Source: an uncultured virus (IMG/VR IMGVR_UViG_3300031088_000469) (Duplodnaviria > Heunggongvirae > Uroviricota > Caudoviricetes). From it: a stretch of DNA of 64,000 nucleotides. The position numbers and the translations under genes were made by a program. Below the pieces are notes generated by a model. It did no database searches. It was not told where the DNA came from and saw only the letters and a list, made by a program, of their open reading frames with translations. Within the stretch, counting starts at the first letter, position 1. Each line of letters begins with the position of its first letter. Of the stretch, positions 10,209-20,012 are shown piece after piece. The stretch is from the IMG/VR virus record IMGVR_UViG_3300031088_000469, one strand, 5' to 3'.

Positions 10209-10949
10209 GTGAATAACGAACAAATCTCGCTAGAAGTAGTCAAGCGAACCGACCCAAGATACCAAGAGATCAGGAATCGCCATTACGTCGAGAACAACGG
10301 TACTCACGGTCAGCAGCTTCACTTCATCATTCACTATAACGGCTCTGTCGTCGGCATCATTTCTGGAGCATCTTCTGTCTATGGTGTTGGGGCGCGAGAT
10401 GAGTTCTTCAAGATCCCCAAGGACCAGAAACTAAAACAGAGCCTCTACCTCCCTGCAATCATCAACAACACGGTGTTTCGACTAGAATTTCACGAGAAGA
10501 ACTTGGCTACTCAGGTTCTTTCTCTGTGGCGTAAGGTATGCGCTCAGCTTTGGGAAGACATCTATGGTGTCAAAGTACTGGGCTTCGAGACATTCGTTGT
10601 GGAAAACGACACTCGCAAGGGTGCCCTTTACAAGGCTGATAACTGGGACTACCTAGGCGAGACAAAGGGCAATACCAAAGCTCACACTAAGGGTGGACTG
10701 ACCGCGCAACACACAAGATCCGAGACTGACAAGAAGCTCATCTATGCCAAGTGGGCAACTAAGCGACCCACTACCCCAAAGATCCCATATGTTTCATCTT
10801 GGCGACAGTCCACACCAGAGGAAAAAGCGCGAGCCAAGAACATCGTGGAATACAAGCGACGACTAGAAGGGTTGCACATCACTGGCATCAGTGATGTGCC
10901 GTTGAAAGAGGGCGTGGCACCAAAAGAGTTTTTCGATCTGTTCGCTTGA
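10209..10949 (+). CDS. Mom-like/DUF4338-like GNAT-fold DNA modification protein
   Basis: RHY, NNTVFRL, NLATQVLS, ETFV and GALYKADNW.YLG.TKG motifs. Confidence 0.6.
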   Translation: MNNEQISLEVVKRTDPRYQEIRNRHYVENNGTHGQQLHFIIHYNGSVVGIISGASSVYGVGARDEFFKIPKDQKLKQSLYLPAIINNTVFRLEFHEKNLATQVLSLWRKVCAQLWEDIYGVKVLGFETFVVENDTRKGALYKADNWDYLGETKGNTKAHTKGGLTAQHTRSETDKKLIYAKWATKRPTTPKIPYVSSWRQSTPEEKARAKNIVEYKRRLEGLHITGISDVPLKEGVAPKEFFDLFA

Positions 10950-10968
10950 CAAATGGTACCCTTCTCAA

Positions 10969-11595
10969 ATGAGTGAGGGTATTGACAGAGATAGGCTCAA
11001 CAGGCTAGAAGCGCTGTTGCACAGACTAGGTTCTGCTGACCCTGCTGCTCACATCAAAGCAATCACGGTGACCAACCCAACCGCCTCGAAGCCATACCAC
11101 AATGATCAGCACTGCATCACTGTTGCTTTACGCGCTGCTGAAGGCGCTGCGGACTTCGGTTTCGTTCAATCCGATCAGCTAGCCATCACTCTCGCTGGTT
11201 TGTACCATGACTACAATCACACGTCACCTGATGACAACATCAGTCGCCCCTTAGCTGTCGAAGGTGGTCTTATGCACACCGGGCTGATCGAGAAAGAGCG
11301 CCATCCTGGTTTCACATTGTCAGTTGGTGAAATGATCTTCGAAGCGCGTCATGCCAAACGCCGTAAGTCGCCCAATAGGTACGGTTCGCGTTTTGTCTAC
11401 GATGCTGACCATATGCAGATTCTAGAACCAGACTTCGACAAGTTCCTAGATGGACTCAATCAAGAGACCGGCAGGAAGCTCACACGAGAGTCATATCTAG
11501 CTGACCTACGCAAGCGTAAGCTGTTTACAAGATGGTCCAAAGAATACACACTGGTCCGCATTCTCGACCCAGCGAGATTTGGTCTTACGGACTAA
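10969..11595 (+). CDS. HD-domain phosphohydrolase
   Basis: PYHN..H ... LYHD ... DAD. Confidence 0.75.
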   Translation: MSEGIDRDRLNRLEALLHRLGSADPAAHIKAITVTNPTASKPYHNDQHCITVALRAAEGAADFGFVQSDQLAITLAGLYHDYNHTSPDDNISRPLAVEGGLMHTGLIEKERHPGFTLSVGEMIFEARHAKRRKSPNRYGSRFVYDADHMQILEPDFDKFLDGLNQETGRKLTRESYLADLRKRKLFTRWSKEYTLVRILDPARFGLTD

Positions 11596-12256
11596 CGAGG
11601 ATTCCGAATTGCGAACGGAGTGTGTCTGACGCTTCGAACATAGCTTCTTTGCTGGCGCAACTCGTACTGACAACGATTCCTTTGTCTACCGAAGACAGTG
11701 CGCGAGCATATGTCCACGTATAAGCCCCACCGTTCTGAGTTCCTACACCAAGCACTTGTACTGTGGAGTCTAGGTTATACGTCAACTCAGCAACGCGAGC
11801 AGTTGAGACGGGAATATCTTGATTTAGCTCTTGACCCAACAAGGCAAGAGAGGCATCCTTATCCGCCAAATCTGACGGGTAATCTTTCAATGAGGCATCG
11901 ATGGAGCAGTTTAGGGGAGTGTAGCTGTAGCTAGTCACATCTCCCGCTTCCTCTATCAAAGACCAACCGCTTTCGAAGGGCTTCATCTCTGAAAGTTTGG
12001 CTGAAGCGGGAACATTAGATCCTTCGTCAAAAGTCAGCATGTTTGGCAGAACACCACCTGAGGTTACTGTACCTGGATCGTCGGGAGTCTCAACAGCAAT
12101 AGGCTCGCTAACCTCGTCCTTGCTGCTCGCAATCACAAGGCTGTAAGGTATGGCAAACGTTGCCGCAATGAGGGAGATAGATGTCAGTATCTTGATGAAG
12201 AACGAGGGTTGGTAGATCCTTCGAGATCTTCTCGATTCATCAGGCACAAAGGACAT
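11585..12256 (-). CDS. membrane-anchored exported protein
   Basis: Single N-terminal TM helix after a basic stretch. Confidence 0.7.
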   Translation of the reverse strand: MSFVPDESRRSRRIYQPSFFIKILTSISLIAATFAIPYSLVIASSKDEVSEPIAVETPDDPGTVTSGGVLPNMLTFDEGSNVPASAKLSEMKPFESGWSLIEEAGDVTSYSYTPLNCSIDASLKDYPSDLADKDASLALLGQELNQDIPVSTARVAELTYNLDSTVQVLGVGTQNGGAYTWTYARALSSVDKGIVVSTSCASKEAMFEASDTLRSQFGILVSP

Positions 12257-12309
12257 TCTTACTCATCTTCACTAGCGGGGAACACTGATAATAGCAGGGT
12301 TCCAAAACA

Positions 12310-13260
12310 CTAACTGATGCTTTCAGCGTAGCTGGCGTATTCCTCGGACACATCATCTGCAATACTCTGCGCGATGCTCTTGACTGTATCAACATCCTGG
12401 TTGAACGACTGTGCAAGTCGAGCATTCCGAGCAAGCCTGTCAGCACCCTCATTGAGTGGATGACCACTATGACCCTTTACCCATCGAAGCTCGACGTTCT
12501 TTCTACGCTTCAGTAGGTTATGGATGTCCTCTGCAAGCCGCTCCGCTCTCTTGCTAACCAATCTACTATCTGGCATTGACTTAGGGTCGCGCGCCATTTT
12601 GATAGCAAGTCTGTTGTCTACGAGGATTCGTATGTCCTGCTTATGCTCGATATTGGTCAGCATCTCTTGAATTGCTATCAGTTCACACACGAGAGAGCTT
12701 TCGCCCGTCTTGACTGCACCATAGCCAAAGCTACCATCTGACGCTATCCATCCATAAGAGCCGCCTGCATAGAACCTATTGAGGCTTCCATCAGTGCCAA
12801 CATATGTAACCTTGTCGGCAACATCATTATCGGTGCCACTGCTACCATCCTGATTCTGCTCGTCTTGCCACCTTTCGGCAATCTTCTCGCCGCGCCATTT
12901 TGCAACAGCTTCGGTAACGACAACCCCGCCCGGGCTGGACTTACTTAGCTCGGACTGCAAGAGGAATCTTACGTTGCCGAACTCGACACCAATAGCGAGG
13001 ATGTTCTTTCTGGGCGCACCAGGGTATACGAGAGCCTCGATAGATGCATTAGGGTACTCGCTAGCGACCTTCATGCAGATATCAACCACCTGCGTAGATA
13101 TGTCGCCACTAGAGCTTTCGCTAAAGGCGAACTCCTTCTCGGTCATCGAGAAATCATCCTGACCGTTATCTAGTGCTGAGACAAGGTAGCAGATTCCACC
13201 TGAGGTGGCTGAGTCGAAATGTATCTGAATTAGGGCATAGTCACTCTGTTTGGCATTCAT
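12310..13260 (-). CDS. rnhA: ribonuclease HI domain protein with N-terminal extension
   Basis: TDGS, ELIAI, VDN and WVKGHSGHPLNEGADRLA catalytic motifs. Confidence 0.85.
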   Translation of the reverse strand: MNAKQSDYALIQIHFDSATSGGICYLVSALDNGQDDFSMTEKEFAFSESSSGDISTQVVDICMKVASEYPNASIEALVYPGAPRKNILAIGVEFGNVRFLLQSELSKSSPGGVVVTEAVAKWRGEKIAERWQDEQNQDGSSGTDNDVADKVTYVGTDGSLNRFYAGGSYGWIASDGSFGYGAVKTGESSLVCELIAIQEMLTNIEHKQDIRILVDNRLAIKMARDPKSMPDSRLVSKRAERLAEDIHNLLKRRKNVELRWVKGHSGHPLNEGADRLARNARLAQSFNQDVDTVKSIAQSIADDVSEEYASYAESIS

Positions 13261-13327
13261 CTCTCATAATCTTGTCCCAAGCACCTTGCTTGATCACAGA
13301 CCAATCTAGCAGACAAATCAGTCTAGG

Positions 13328-14620
13328 TCAAGATGACAGATCGTCATTCCAGATCTTTCTAGCAGCAGTTAGTTGAGATGCACTACAAGTGTAGCCATAT
13401 GTCGTGAAAGTCACGCCGCTGATGTCTTGCGCCATGCAGTCGGCAACATACTCCGCGTCATCACCGAAGGCTGCCTTTACGACCGGATCTGCGAGCACTC
13501 GGTAGTAACCCTCTCGGAAGTGGACAGTATGTCCATATTCGTGAGCAATGGTCTGCAACAGCATGTAGTCCTCATAGTACGATCTGTCCAGAATGGTTGG
13601 TGAGATGTACATTACTGTGGGGTCATCACTGCTGACACAGCCAGCGGCATTGCTTCGGTCACAAGGATTCTCTTGGTAGATGATTCCAATATCTTGACCA
13701 CCCAAGGTATCGAGCATGTTCCTTACGTCATCTTCTCTGGTCGCACCAGAATGGAATTCTTCGGCACCAAGCTTTCTCTTTATCTCCGCTGAGGCTGTGT
13801 TCACGTCGGCGGCATTGACACTTATGCGTAGAGTCTCAGCAGCAACAACAAGAGCCTTTTCGGACTCACCTAGTAGTTCGGGAGTTGCGGTAGTATCAGC
13901 GACCAGGGTCTGTGCGTCTGTAATCTTCTGCTGCAAGTCAGTAGCGTCAGCCTTACCCTCGGCGGACGCAGATATCTGCTGAGCAGTCCATACAGCCGTT
14001 GAGAGTTCTTCGGATGTCGAACCAGACTTGCTGTCTCCGGTACTCACCTTGGGAACAAAACCGCCTGTACTGTCGGCAATGGTGTTATTGACCTGTGCGT
14101 ATACGGGAATACCAGCAAATACACCCGCAATCAGAGCCAAGATAACCGTCAAAGTGATTATCGGGTTCTTCTTCTTGATTGCTGAGTAGGCGATTGTCGA
14201 TGGAATAGCTAGATCGCTTACCTCTGGTGTGTAATCACGCGGGGCTGCCGGGGTAGCAGGATTCTGCCTGATGGGTCTGAATATAGGGCTGTCTTCAGCC
14301 AATGGCTCCTGAACACGTCTGATTTGCGGTGAGTGACCTACCGGTTGCTCTTTGACAGGAACACCGAAGTCATGCCTCGCTTCGGTGTCATGAATCATGG
14401 GGACAAGCTTTGGCTTAGGTGGCACAAAGTAACCCTGCTGAGGCGTGATGAACGAAGGTGGCGGGTCGTTTCGAACTGGTTGGACCGGCTCATCGCCTAG
14501 CTCTGCGCGCTGTATTGCATCAAAGTACCTAATCCTCTCTTCTTGAGAGAGTTCATCAAACCTTTTGGCGGGCTTGTTTACGCCATCACTATTGCCAAAC
14601 TCGGCAGGTCTATCACTCAA
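13328..14620 (-). CDS. membrane-anchored zinc metallopeptidase-like protein
   Basis: Pro-rich N-terminus, one TM helix, HEYGH ... E..ADC. Confidence 0.7.
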   Translation of the reverse strand: MSDRPAEFGNSDGVNKPAKRFDELSQEERIRYFDAIQRAELGDEPVQPVRNDPPPSFITPQQGYFVPPKPKLVPMIHDTEARHDFGVPVKEQPVGHSPQIRRVQEPLAEDSPIFRPIRQNPATPAAPRDYTPEVSDLAIPSTIAYSAIKKKNPIITLTVILALIAGVFAGIPVYAQVNNTIADSTGGFVPKVSTGDSKSGSTSEELSTAVWTAQQISASAEGKADATDLQQKITDAQTLVADTTATPELLGESEKALVVAAETLRISVNAADVNTASAEIKRKLGAEEFHSGATREDDVRNMLDTLGGQDIGIIYQENPCDRSNAAGCVSSDDPTVMYISPTILDRSYYEDYMLLQTIAHEYGHTVHFREGYYRVLADPVVKAAFGDDAEYVADCMAQDISGVTFTTYGYTCSASQLTAARKIWNDDLSS

Positions 14621-14624
14621 CTAC

Positions 14625-15086
14625 TTACCAGTCCTGCGTCGTTCCATCGGTATCGTTGTAACACGTGTCACCCTCACAACGAAGGTATGGAACACCGTCA
14701 AATGGAGGATTATCCTCGAACTTGATGGTCCACCCGTAGGTGCCGAAGTCAGAGTTGCACTTGGTCTCCTGATCGTAAACCTTGAAGGCAACCTTAGTCG
14801 CTTCTGTATCCGCTTTGGCAGCGATAGGTGTCTGCTTACAGTCACTGCTACCACTCGTGATAAAGGTGATCGTATCGCCCTCTAACGTGGGCGAGAACTC
14901 TTGGAAAGTGGTACTGAGATTCTCAATTACCTTATCCGTCTGCTCTTCCGTAAGCTCCGTGATAACCACGTTATCGCCATCTGTACTAGGCACAAGTGTG
15001 CCATCGCCACCGTTGCTACTTGAGCAGCCGGAAAGCACACCACCAATCGTTAGTGCCAGGATTCCAATAGCAATGAGCTTCTTCAT
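14625..15086 (-). CDS. lipoprotein
   Basis: Signal peptide with LSGC lipobox. Confidence 0.8.
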   Translation of the reverse strand: MKKLIAIGILALTIGGVLSGCSSSNGGDGTLVPSTDGDNVVITELTEEQTDKVIENLSTTFQEFSPTLEGDTITFITSGSSDCKQTPIAAKADTEATKVAFKVYDQETKCNSDFGTYGWTIKFEDNPPFDGVPYLRCEGDTCYNDTDGTTQDW

Positions 15087-15088
15087 GT

Positions 15089-15733
15089 TCAGTTTCTTCC
15101 AGTCGATCCAATTCCGTTGACACCACGGTCTGATTCCGCAAGGTCAGCTACCTCAACGAAAAGCGGGTAGTCGTGCTCCTGAATTACTAGCTGAGCAATG
15201 CGATCCCCAACAGAGACTGCGTAGTCTTCATTCGTGGTGTTGTAAAGGATGACCTTCACCTCTCCCCGATATCCGGAATCGATGGTGCCAGGAGTGTTGA
15301 GAACAGTGATTCCCTGCTTAGCAGCTAGTCCAGAGCGCGGGTGAACGAGACCAACTCGACCCAATGGAATCTCAATTGCGATACCCGTTCCAACCATCTT
15401 GCGCTCACCTGCCGGAATTACTACATCCTCGACAGAGATCAAGTCAGCGCCCGCATCGGTCGCATGAGCAAAGTGAGGGATTACTGCGTTTTCATTCAGT
15501 CGCGTGACACGAATGTTGGCAGTGTGCATCTTGCCAGGTACGAACAGTTCTCCCTCAACGAGTCCATCCTCGACGAGTCGCTTTGCCGCAATCTTGCTGA
15601 GCTTTGCTGCATCCTTGACACCAGCTTCGGCAAGCACCGCTGAAATCCTATTCCAGACAAGCAAGGCGTGCTTACCGGTGATATGGGTTTCTACCTCGGG
15701 AACCTGGGGCTGGACATTCTGCACAATACTCAT
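15089..15733 (-). CDS. dut: dUTPase
   Basis: AGADL, PRSGLA, GTIDSGYRGE, RIAQLV and RG..G.GSTG motifs. Confidence 0.95.
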   Translation of the reverse strand: MSIVQNVQPQVPEVETHITGKHALLVWNRISAVLAEAGVKDAAKLSKIAAKRLVEDGLVEGELFVPGKMHTANIRVTRLNENAVIPHFAHATDAGADLISVEDVVIPAGERKMVGTGIAIEIPLGRVGLVHPRSGLAAKQGITVLNTPGTIDSGYRGEVKVILYNTTNEDYAVSVGDRIAQLVIQEHDYPLFVEVADLAESDRGVNGIGSTGRN

Positions 15734-15801
15734 TACGAGCCTCTCGTTTTTGACTACCCAGAGGTTAGCATCCCCGGTCTCTGTGTGGGGATTAAATAGA
15801 A

Positions 15802-15829
15802 AGAAGGGGCGCAGTGCGCCCCTTCTTCC
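15802..15829 (-). terminator. intrinsic terminator
   Basis: AAGAAGGGGCGC-AGT-GCGCCCCTTCTT. Confidence 0.7.
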
Positions 15830-15835
15830 CGGCTA

Positions 15836-16426
15836 CTAGAAGTCGATTGACTTGGTACGAACCCTCTCTAGCTGATTTTCTGCTTCGTCGTTACTAGCGT
15901 AGGTGGTAACGATAGCCGGTTCGCCAGTGTAAGAACCTACATCGTTGGTTTTGAACGAGACTAGTCGATTGTCAATGTCATCTCCGTCGCCAGCAATGTA
16001 GCTAATCCTGAAGCCCCCAGGAATTCTTTCTGCAACCGGATCGGTAGCAATGCCAGCCATGTATAGCTCAACCGGGGTTACAGTAGCTACTAAGCCGCCC
16101 TCGCCTTGCTCTTTGAAGTAGATGAGTCCACCCTCTTCATATCCAGCATTGATTGTTCCATTACTGTTGTAGCTCCCGACATATCCTTCTGAGATGAGGT
16201 CTCTTTCACGGTACGAAATATGCGGCTTTACACCCTCTCCGATACTTACTTCTTCAACCGAAGATGCGGTTGAAAATGCGGTCGCACCTGAACTAGGCGG
16301 CTTACTTACTGCACCTGTACGACCTTCATGCTGCGAAGCATGCTTCCCCGGTGCCCTATAAACGGTACGAGTATGACCGTTTACGTCTACTGTTGTGCTC
16401 TGAATGAGATGTGATCTGTCTGACAT
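15836..16426 (-). CDS. DxNG-leader protein, paralog of 16450-17052
   Basis: TTVDVNGHTRTVYR; shares NGTINA, AGIAT.P and G.YTG.P with its neighbour. Confidence 0.8.
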   Translation of the reverse strand: MSDRSHLIQSTTVDVNGHTRTVYRAPGKHASQHEGRTGAVSKPPSSGATAFSTASSVEEVSIGEGVKPHISYRERDLISEGYVGSYNSNGTINAGYEEGGLIYFKEQGEGGLVATVTPVELYMAGIATDPVAERIPGGFRISYIAGDGDDIDNRLVSFKTNDVGSYTGEPAIVTTYASNDEAENQLERVRTKSIDF

Positions 16427-16449
16427 GATTACCTTAGGTAGTGGGTTGG

Positions 16450-17052
16450 TTATACGCTACGGAGTGCGTTTAGGGATTCTTCGGCGGCTAGGTTGCTTTC
16501 AAAGGTATTCAGTGTGCCTGGCTTGCCCGTGTAGTCGCCAGCCTTATCGATGCTGAAAGTAACTGTGTGGTTATCGTTATCTTCTTCGTCTCCTACGATG
16601 TAGGTGATTTCATACCCTTCTTCATTGGGTTTGACGACAGGTGGGGTAGCAATACCTGCATGGTAGTGGTCGTAAGGCACGGCAGTGAGAACTAATTTCT
16701 CATCACCCGGCTCTACAAAATACGTAATGCCATCATCAGCTACGAGAGCGTTGATGGTTCCGTTATCGTTGGGGAGGTTACCAGAATCCCACTCTTGATA
16801 CATGTCGATGTAATCCTGAGCGTACTCAACGCGGTTCATTTCAGCCCATTTCGGATCGAAGCCATCTGTATCAAGCGGGAACTCCTGAGTGTGGTCAGGC
16901 TCTATCTTGACTAGTCGTGAAGAAATTGGAGCACCGATACCACCCGCACGATTTTCTTCCATAGGTACGGCGGAGTTGGGAGAACGGTAGACGGTCTTGG
17001 GGTGTCCATTGACATCGATGATAGTGTCTCGAATGAGGTGAGAACCAGGCAT
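16450..17052 (-). CDS. DxNG-leader protein, paralog of 15836-16426
   Basis: TIIDVNGHPKTVYR; AAGGAG RBS. Confidence 0.8.
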   Translation of the reverse strand: MPGSHLIRDTIIDVNGHPKTVYRSPNSAVPMEENRAGGIGAPISSRLVKIEPDHTQEFPLDTDGFDPKWAEMNRVEYAQDYIDMYQEWDSGNLPNDNGTINALVADDGITYFVEPGDEKLVLTAVPYDHYHAGIATPPVVKPNEEGYEITYIVGDEEDNDNHTVTFSIDKAGDYTGKPGTLNTFESNLAAEESLNALRSV

Positions 17053-17105
17053 AGCGCTCCTTTGTTACCCATAGTCTACCGTTGGCTGGTGACAATCGTT
17101 AACGA

Positions 17106-17139
17106 AAGAAGGGGAGACTCCTTAGAATCTCCCCTTCTT
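17106..17139 (-). terminator. intrinsic terminator after rtcB
   Basis: AAGAAGGGGAGA...TCTCCCCTTCTT. Confidence 0.7.
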
Positions 17140-17146
17140 GTATACA

Positions 17147-18346
17147 TTAGCCCTTGACGCAGAGCACTGTTCTGAGGTGCTGGACAACCTCAACGAGGTC
17201 AGACTGCGACTCCATGACGTGCTTCAAGTCCTTGTATGCTGCTGGAATTTCGTCCACAACACCCTGGTCCTTGCGTGACTCTACACCCTGGGTCTGAGCA
17301 ATCAGATCTTCGACTGTGTACTTACGCTTTGCAGCGCTTCTGCTCATCCTTCGACCAGCACCGTGAGATGCCGACTGGAACGAGGCATCGTTTCCTAGAC
17401 CCCGAACTACGTATGAACCAGTACCCATCGAACCAGGGATTAGTGCCACATCACCCAGTCCGGCACGAATAGCACCCTTACGAGTCACTAGCATCTCTTC
17501 GCCATCGATGATCTCTTCCGCAACATAGTTGTGATGAACGTTAATCTCTTCGTCAAAAGTTACGGTCTTCTTGTCACCGTAGTGCTTGCGAAGCGCCTCT
17601 CTGAACAAAGCCATCATGATGGAACGAGAGCGTAGAGCGTACTCCTGTGCCCACATAAGGTCGTGGCGGTAAGCATCCATCTCAGGCGTACCAGAGATGA
17701 AGACTGCTAGGTCACGATCAATGAGGTCGGAGTTGTGAGATAGTGTCTGCGCGATACCAATGTGACGCTCAGCAAGAGACTTACCGACGTTGCGAGACCC
17801 AGAGTGAAGAGTCAACCAAACGACACCATCTTCATCGACACAGAGTTCAATAAAGTGGTTTCCGCCGCCGAGTGTGCCCATCTGAGAGTGAGCGCGACCT
17901 TCGACAGAAGCAGCGTCCTTGTGAAGGTTCTTGAAGTCACCCCAGAAGATGTCCCAACCCTTTTCAAGACCAAGCTGACGTACGTTGACATCCCTATCGT
18001 GACCTCGGAACCCCACTGGAATGGAGTTCTCAATCGATGCCCTCAACTGAGGAAGGCGCTCTAGATCCTCTTCGCGCAAGCTGGTTCGAACAGCAACCAC
18101 TCCGCAACCAATGTCTACACCAACAGCGTTAGGAGATACAGCCTGCTTCATAGCGATTACCGAACCAACAGTAGCGCCCTTTCCTACGTGAACATCAGGC
18201 ATGACGCGAACGCCGTGAACCCAAGGCATCGATGAGATGTTGCGCAACTGCTTGAGGGCATCCTGCTCAACTTCCCACTCGTTTGCCCACATGTGTACTG
18301 GTGACTTTGTTCCCCGAAGCTCTACCGGGAATCCTAACTCGTTCAT
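17147..18346 (-). CDS. rtcB: RtcB RNA ligase
   Basis: MPDVH.G.G, VGVDIGCG, GTLGGGNHF, LHSGSR, HHNY, RKGA, SHGAGR, DEIP.AYK and C-terminal VKG. Confidence 0.97.
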   Translation of the reverse strand: MNELGFPVELRGTKSPVHMWANEWEVEQDALKQLRNISSMPWVHGVRVMPDVHVGKGATVGSVIAMKQAVSPNAVGVDIGCGVVAVRTSLREEDLERLPQLRASIENSIPVGFRGHDRDVNVRQLGLEKGWDIFWGDFKNLHKDAASVEGRAHSQMGTLGGGNHFIELCVDEDGVVWLTLHSGSRNVGKSLAERHIGIAQTLSHNSDLIDRDLAVFISGTPEMDAYRHDLMWAQEYALRSRSIMMALFREALRKHYGDKKTVTFDEEINVHHNYVAEEIIDGEEMLVTRKGAIRAGLGDVALIPGSMGTGSYVVRGLGNDASFQSASHGAGRRMSRSAAKRKYTVEDLIAQTQGVESRKDQGVVDEIPAAYKDLKHVMESQSDLVEVVQHLRTVLCVKG

Positions 18347-18473
18347 TGCTTTCTCTTTCTATTGACTGACGCGGAATGGTGATAATGCCTAGCCATTCCA
18401 TCTAGGCTAAGTGTAAGAAGAGCCTCCCCTATATCGATAAGGGAGGCTCTTGGCATGTCACACTGCTGACTCA

Positions 18474-18971
18474 TTAGAGAGCGAACAGTGTTTCCATGTC
18501 ATATCCAGTTGACGCGATCTCTCGCACCAAGACCTCCTGCTGGTAGACAGGTCTTGGCTGGAATCGAAGAGCCATGTTAGCTTCCTCGGGTGTCTTGTTG
18601 GACTTCTTACCGTTGCATGGCTGGCATGCAGAGATGAGGTTCATCCACGTGTTCTTGCCTCCACGCGACTTAGGCTGGATGTGGTCAACTGTTCTAGCGT
18701 GCTTACCGCAGTAAGCACACGTGTAGTTGTCACGGATCAAAACCTTCTTGAAGCGAGGCTGCATTTCACCGTTACGGTATGGCACCTTGACCATCTTGGT
18801 GAAACGAACAGCGATAGGGATGGGGAACTCACCGGATGAAGTCTTCACCACAGCGTCTTCGCGAGCACGGACGATTTCTACACGTCCTTTGAAAACATTT
18901 TTCATAGCCTTGTGGAGCGAAACGACACCAAGAGGCTCGTAACTTGCATTCAATACGATTACACCGGTCAT
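18474..18971 (-). CDS. HNH endonuclease (McrA/HNH_5-like), paralog of 9448-9984
   Basis: VIVLNASYEPL; RDNYTCAYCG...TVDHIQPKSRGG..TWMNL..AC..CN. Confidence 0.9.
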   Translation of the reverse strand: MTGVIVLNASYEPLGVVSLHKAMKNVFKGRVEIVRAREDAVVKTSSGEFPIPIAVRFTKMVKVPYRNGEMQPRFKKVLIRDNYTCAYCGKHARTVDHIQPKSRGGKNTWMNLISACQPCNGKKSNKTPEEANMALRFQPRPVYQQEVLVREIASTGYDMETLFAL

Positions 18972-19041
18972 GTTTCATCTCCTTGTCTATGCTCGGCTGT
19001 GGCGCTTTAGAATTGTGACACTACATCGTGAATAAAGAAAG

Positions 19042-19118
19042 TGGTCGGAATGACAAGATTTGAACTTGCGACCCCCTGTCCCCCAGACAGGTGCGCTACC
19101 AAGCTGCGCCACATTCCG
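19042..19118 (-). tRNA. tRNA-Pro(GGG), CCA encoded
   Basis: Cloverleaf, anticodon GGG. Confidence 0.9.
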
Positions 19119-19147
19119 TTAGCCCTTTTGACGATAAGGGCATCGTT

Positions 19148-19223
19148 AGGGTGATCGACGGGAATTGAACCCGCAACCAACAGGTTCACGACCTGCCGCT
19201 CTGCCAGTTGAGCTACGAAAACC
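19148..19223 (-). tRNA. tRNA-His(GUG), two acceptor mismatches
   Basis: Cloverleaf, anticodon GUG. Confidence 0.75.
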
Positions 19224-19335
19224 ATACGCCAGGAAGCCTGGCTCTTGCTGTGTGAGCTTGTATTAGCCACTCACAGGCTCTGTGCGCCTCTCTCAGCGCC
19301 TAACATGTAGATGCTGAACAACGAGCCACAGAGAT

Positions 19336-19501
19336 TGGTGGAGCGCCGTAGACTCGACCTACGGTAACGGTACATCGCTGCCCGCTATTTCTCTCTTTGG
19401 CACTACTGCATTCGACATGATGTAGGTTACCGAAAGAACTGATGCCGCGTTCATGACTACTCCTGTTGTCAACAGGAAGGTTTCATGGACTCATTCACCC
19501 C
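19336..19501 (-). ncRNA. 166-nt RNA with Ala-type acceptor (G3-U), T-like arm and CCA end
   Basis: 5' GGGGUG pairs with 3' CGCUCC-ACCA; CCGUAG-GUCGAGU-CUACGG arm; two long internal hairpins. Confidence 0.55.
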
Positions 19502-19503
19502 TG

Positions 19504-19577
19504 TCGGAATAGGGGGAGTTGAACCCCCGACCTCTCGCCCCCGAAGCGAGCGCGCTACCAAGCTGCGCCATATTCCG
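19504..19577 (-). tRNA. tRNA-Pro(CGG)
   Basis: Cloverleaf. Confidence 0.9.
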
Positions 19578-19933
19578 TAAATCGCAACCAAGCCAGTCCG
19601 GTTTAACAGCCTTCATGGAAGCAGGGTTATGATCCCTGAACTATGCTCTTGATCACTGGTGGATTATCACCACTCTTGTCACTTGGGCGACCAGTCAAGT
19701 CACTTGCTGTCTTCCACGATGGGTACGCAGTATTCGGAATCTATACCTCACAAATCAGCAAGTCCAGCGAACACCCGTTAGGGCACTACCAGCAAGCTTA
19801 ATCGTCTCATCCGCTTGTGATTCGAGCCAGGCACTCAGTCTTCATCACCAGACATCGTTCTTTCCACGGTGAACGACCACCCTCATCGACTCATTTCCTT
19901 GATGACTAATCAAATCTGTCGATGCCTCCCCAG

Positions 19934-20006
19934 TGCCCCGTACTGGACTCGAACCAGTGACCTACTCTTTAGGAAAGAGGTATTCTATCCGCTGAACTAA
20001 CGGGGC
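19934..20006 (-). tRNA. tRNA-Arg(CCU)
   Basis: Cloverleaf. Confidence 0.9.
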
Positions 20007-20012
20007 ATATCG

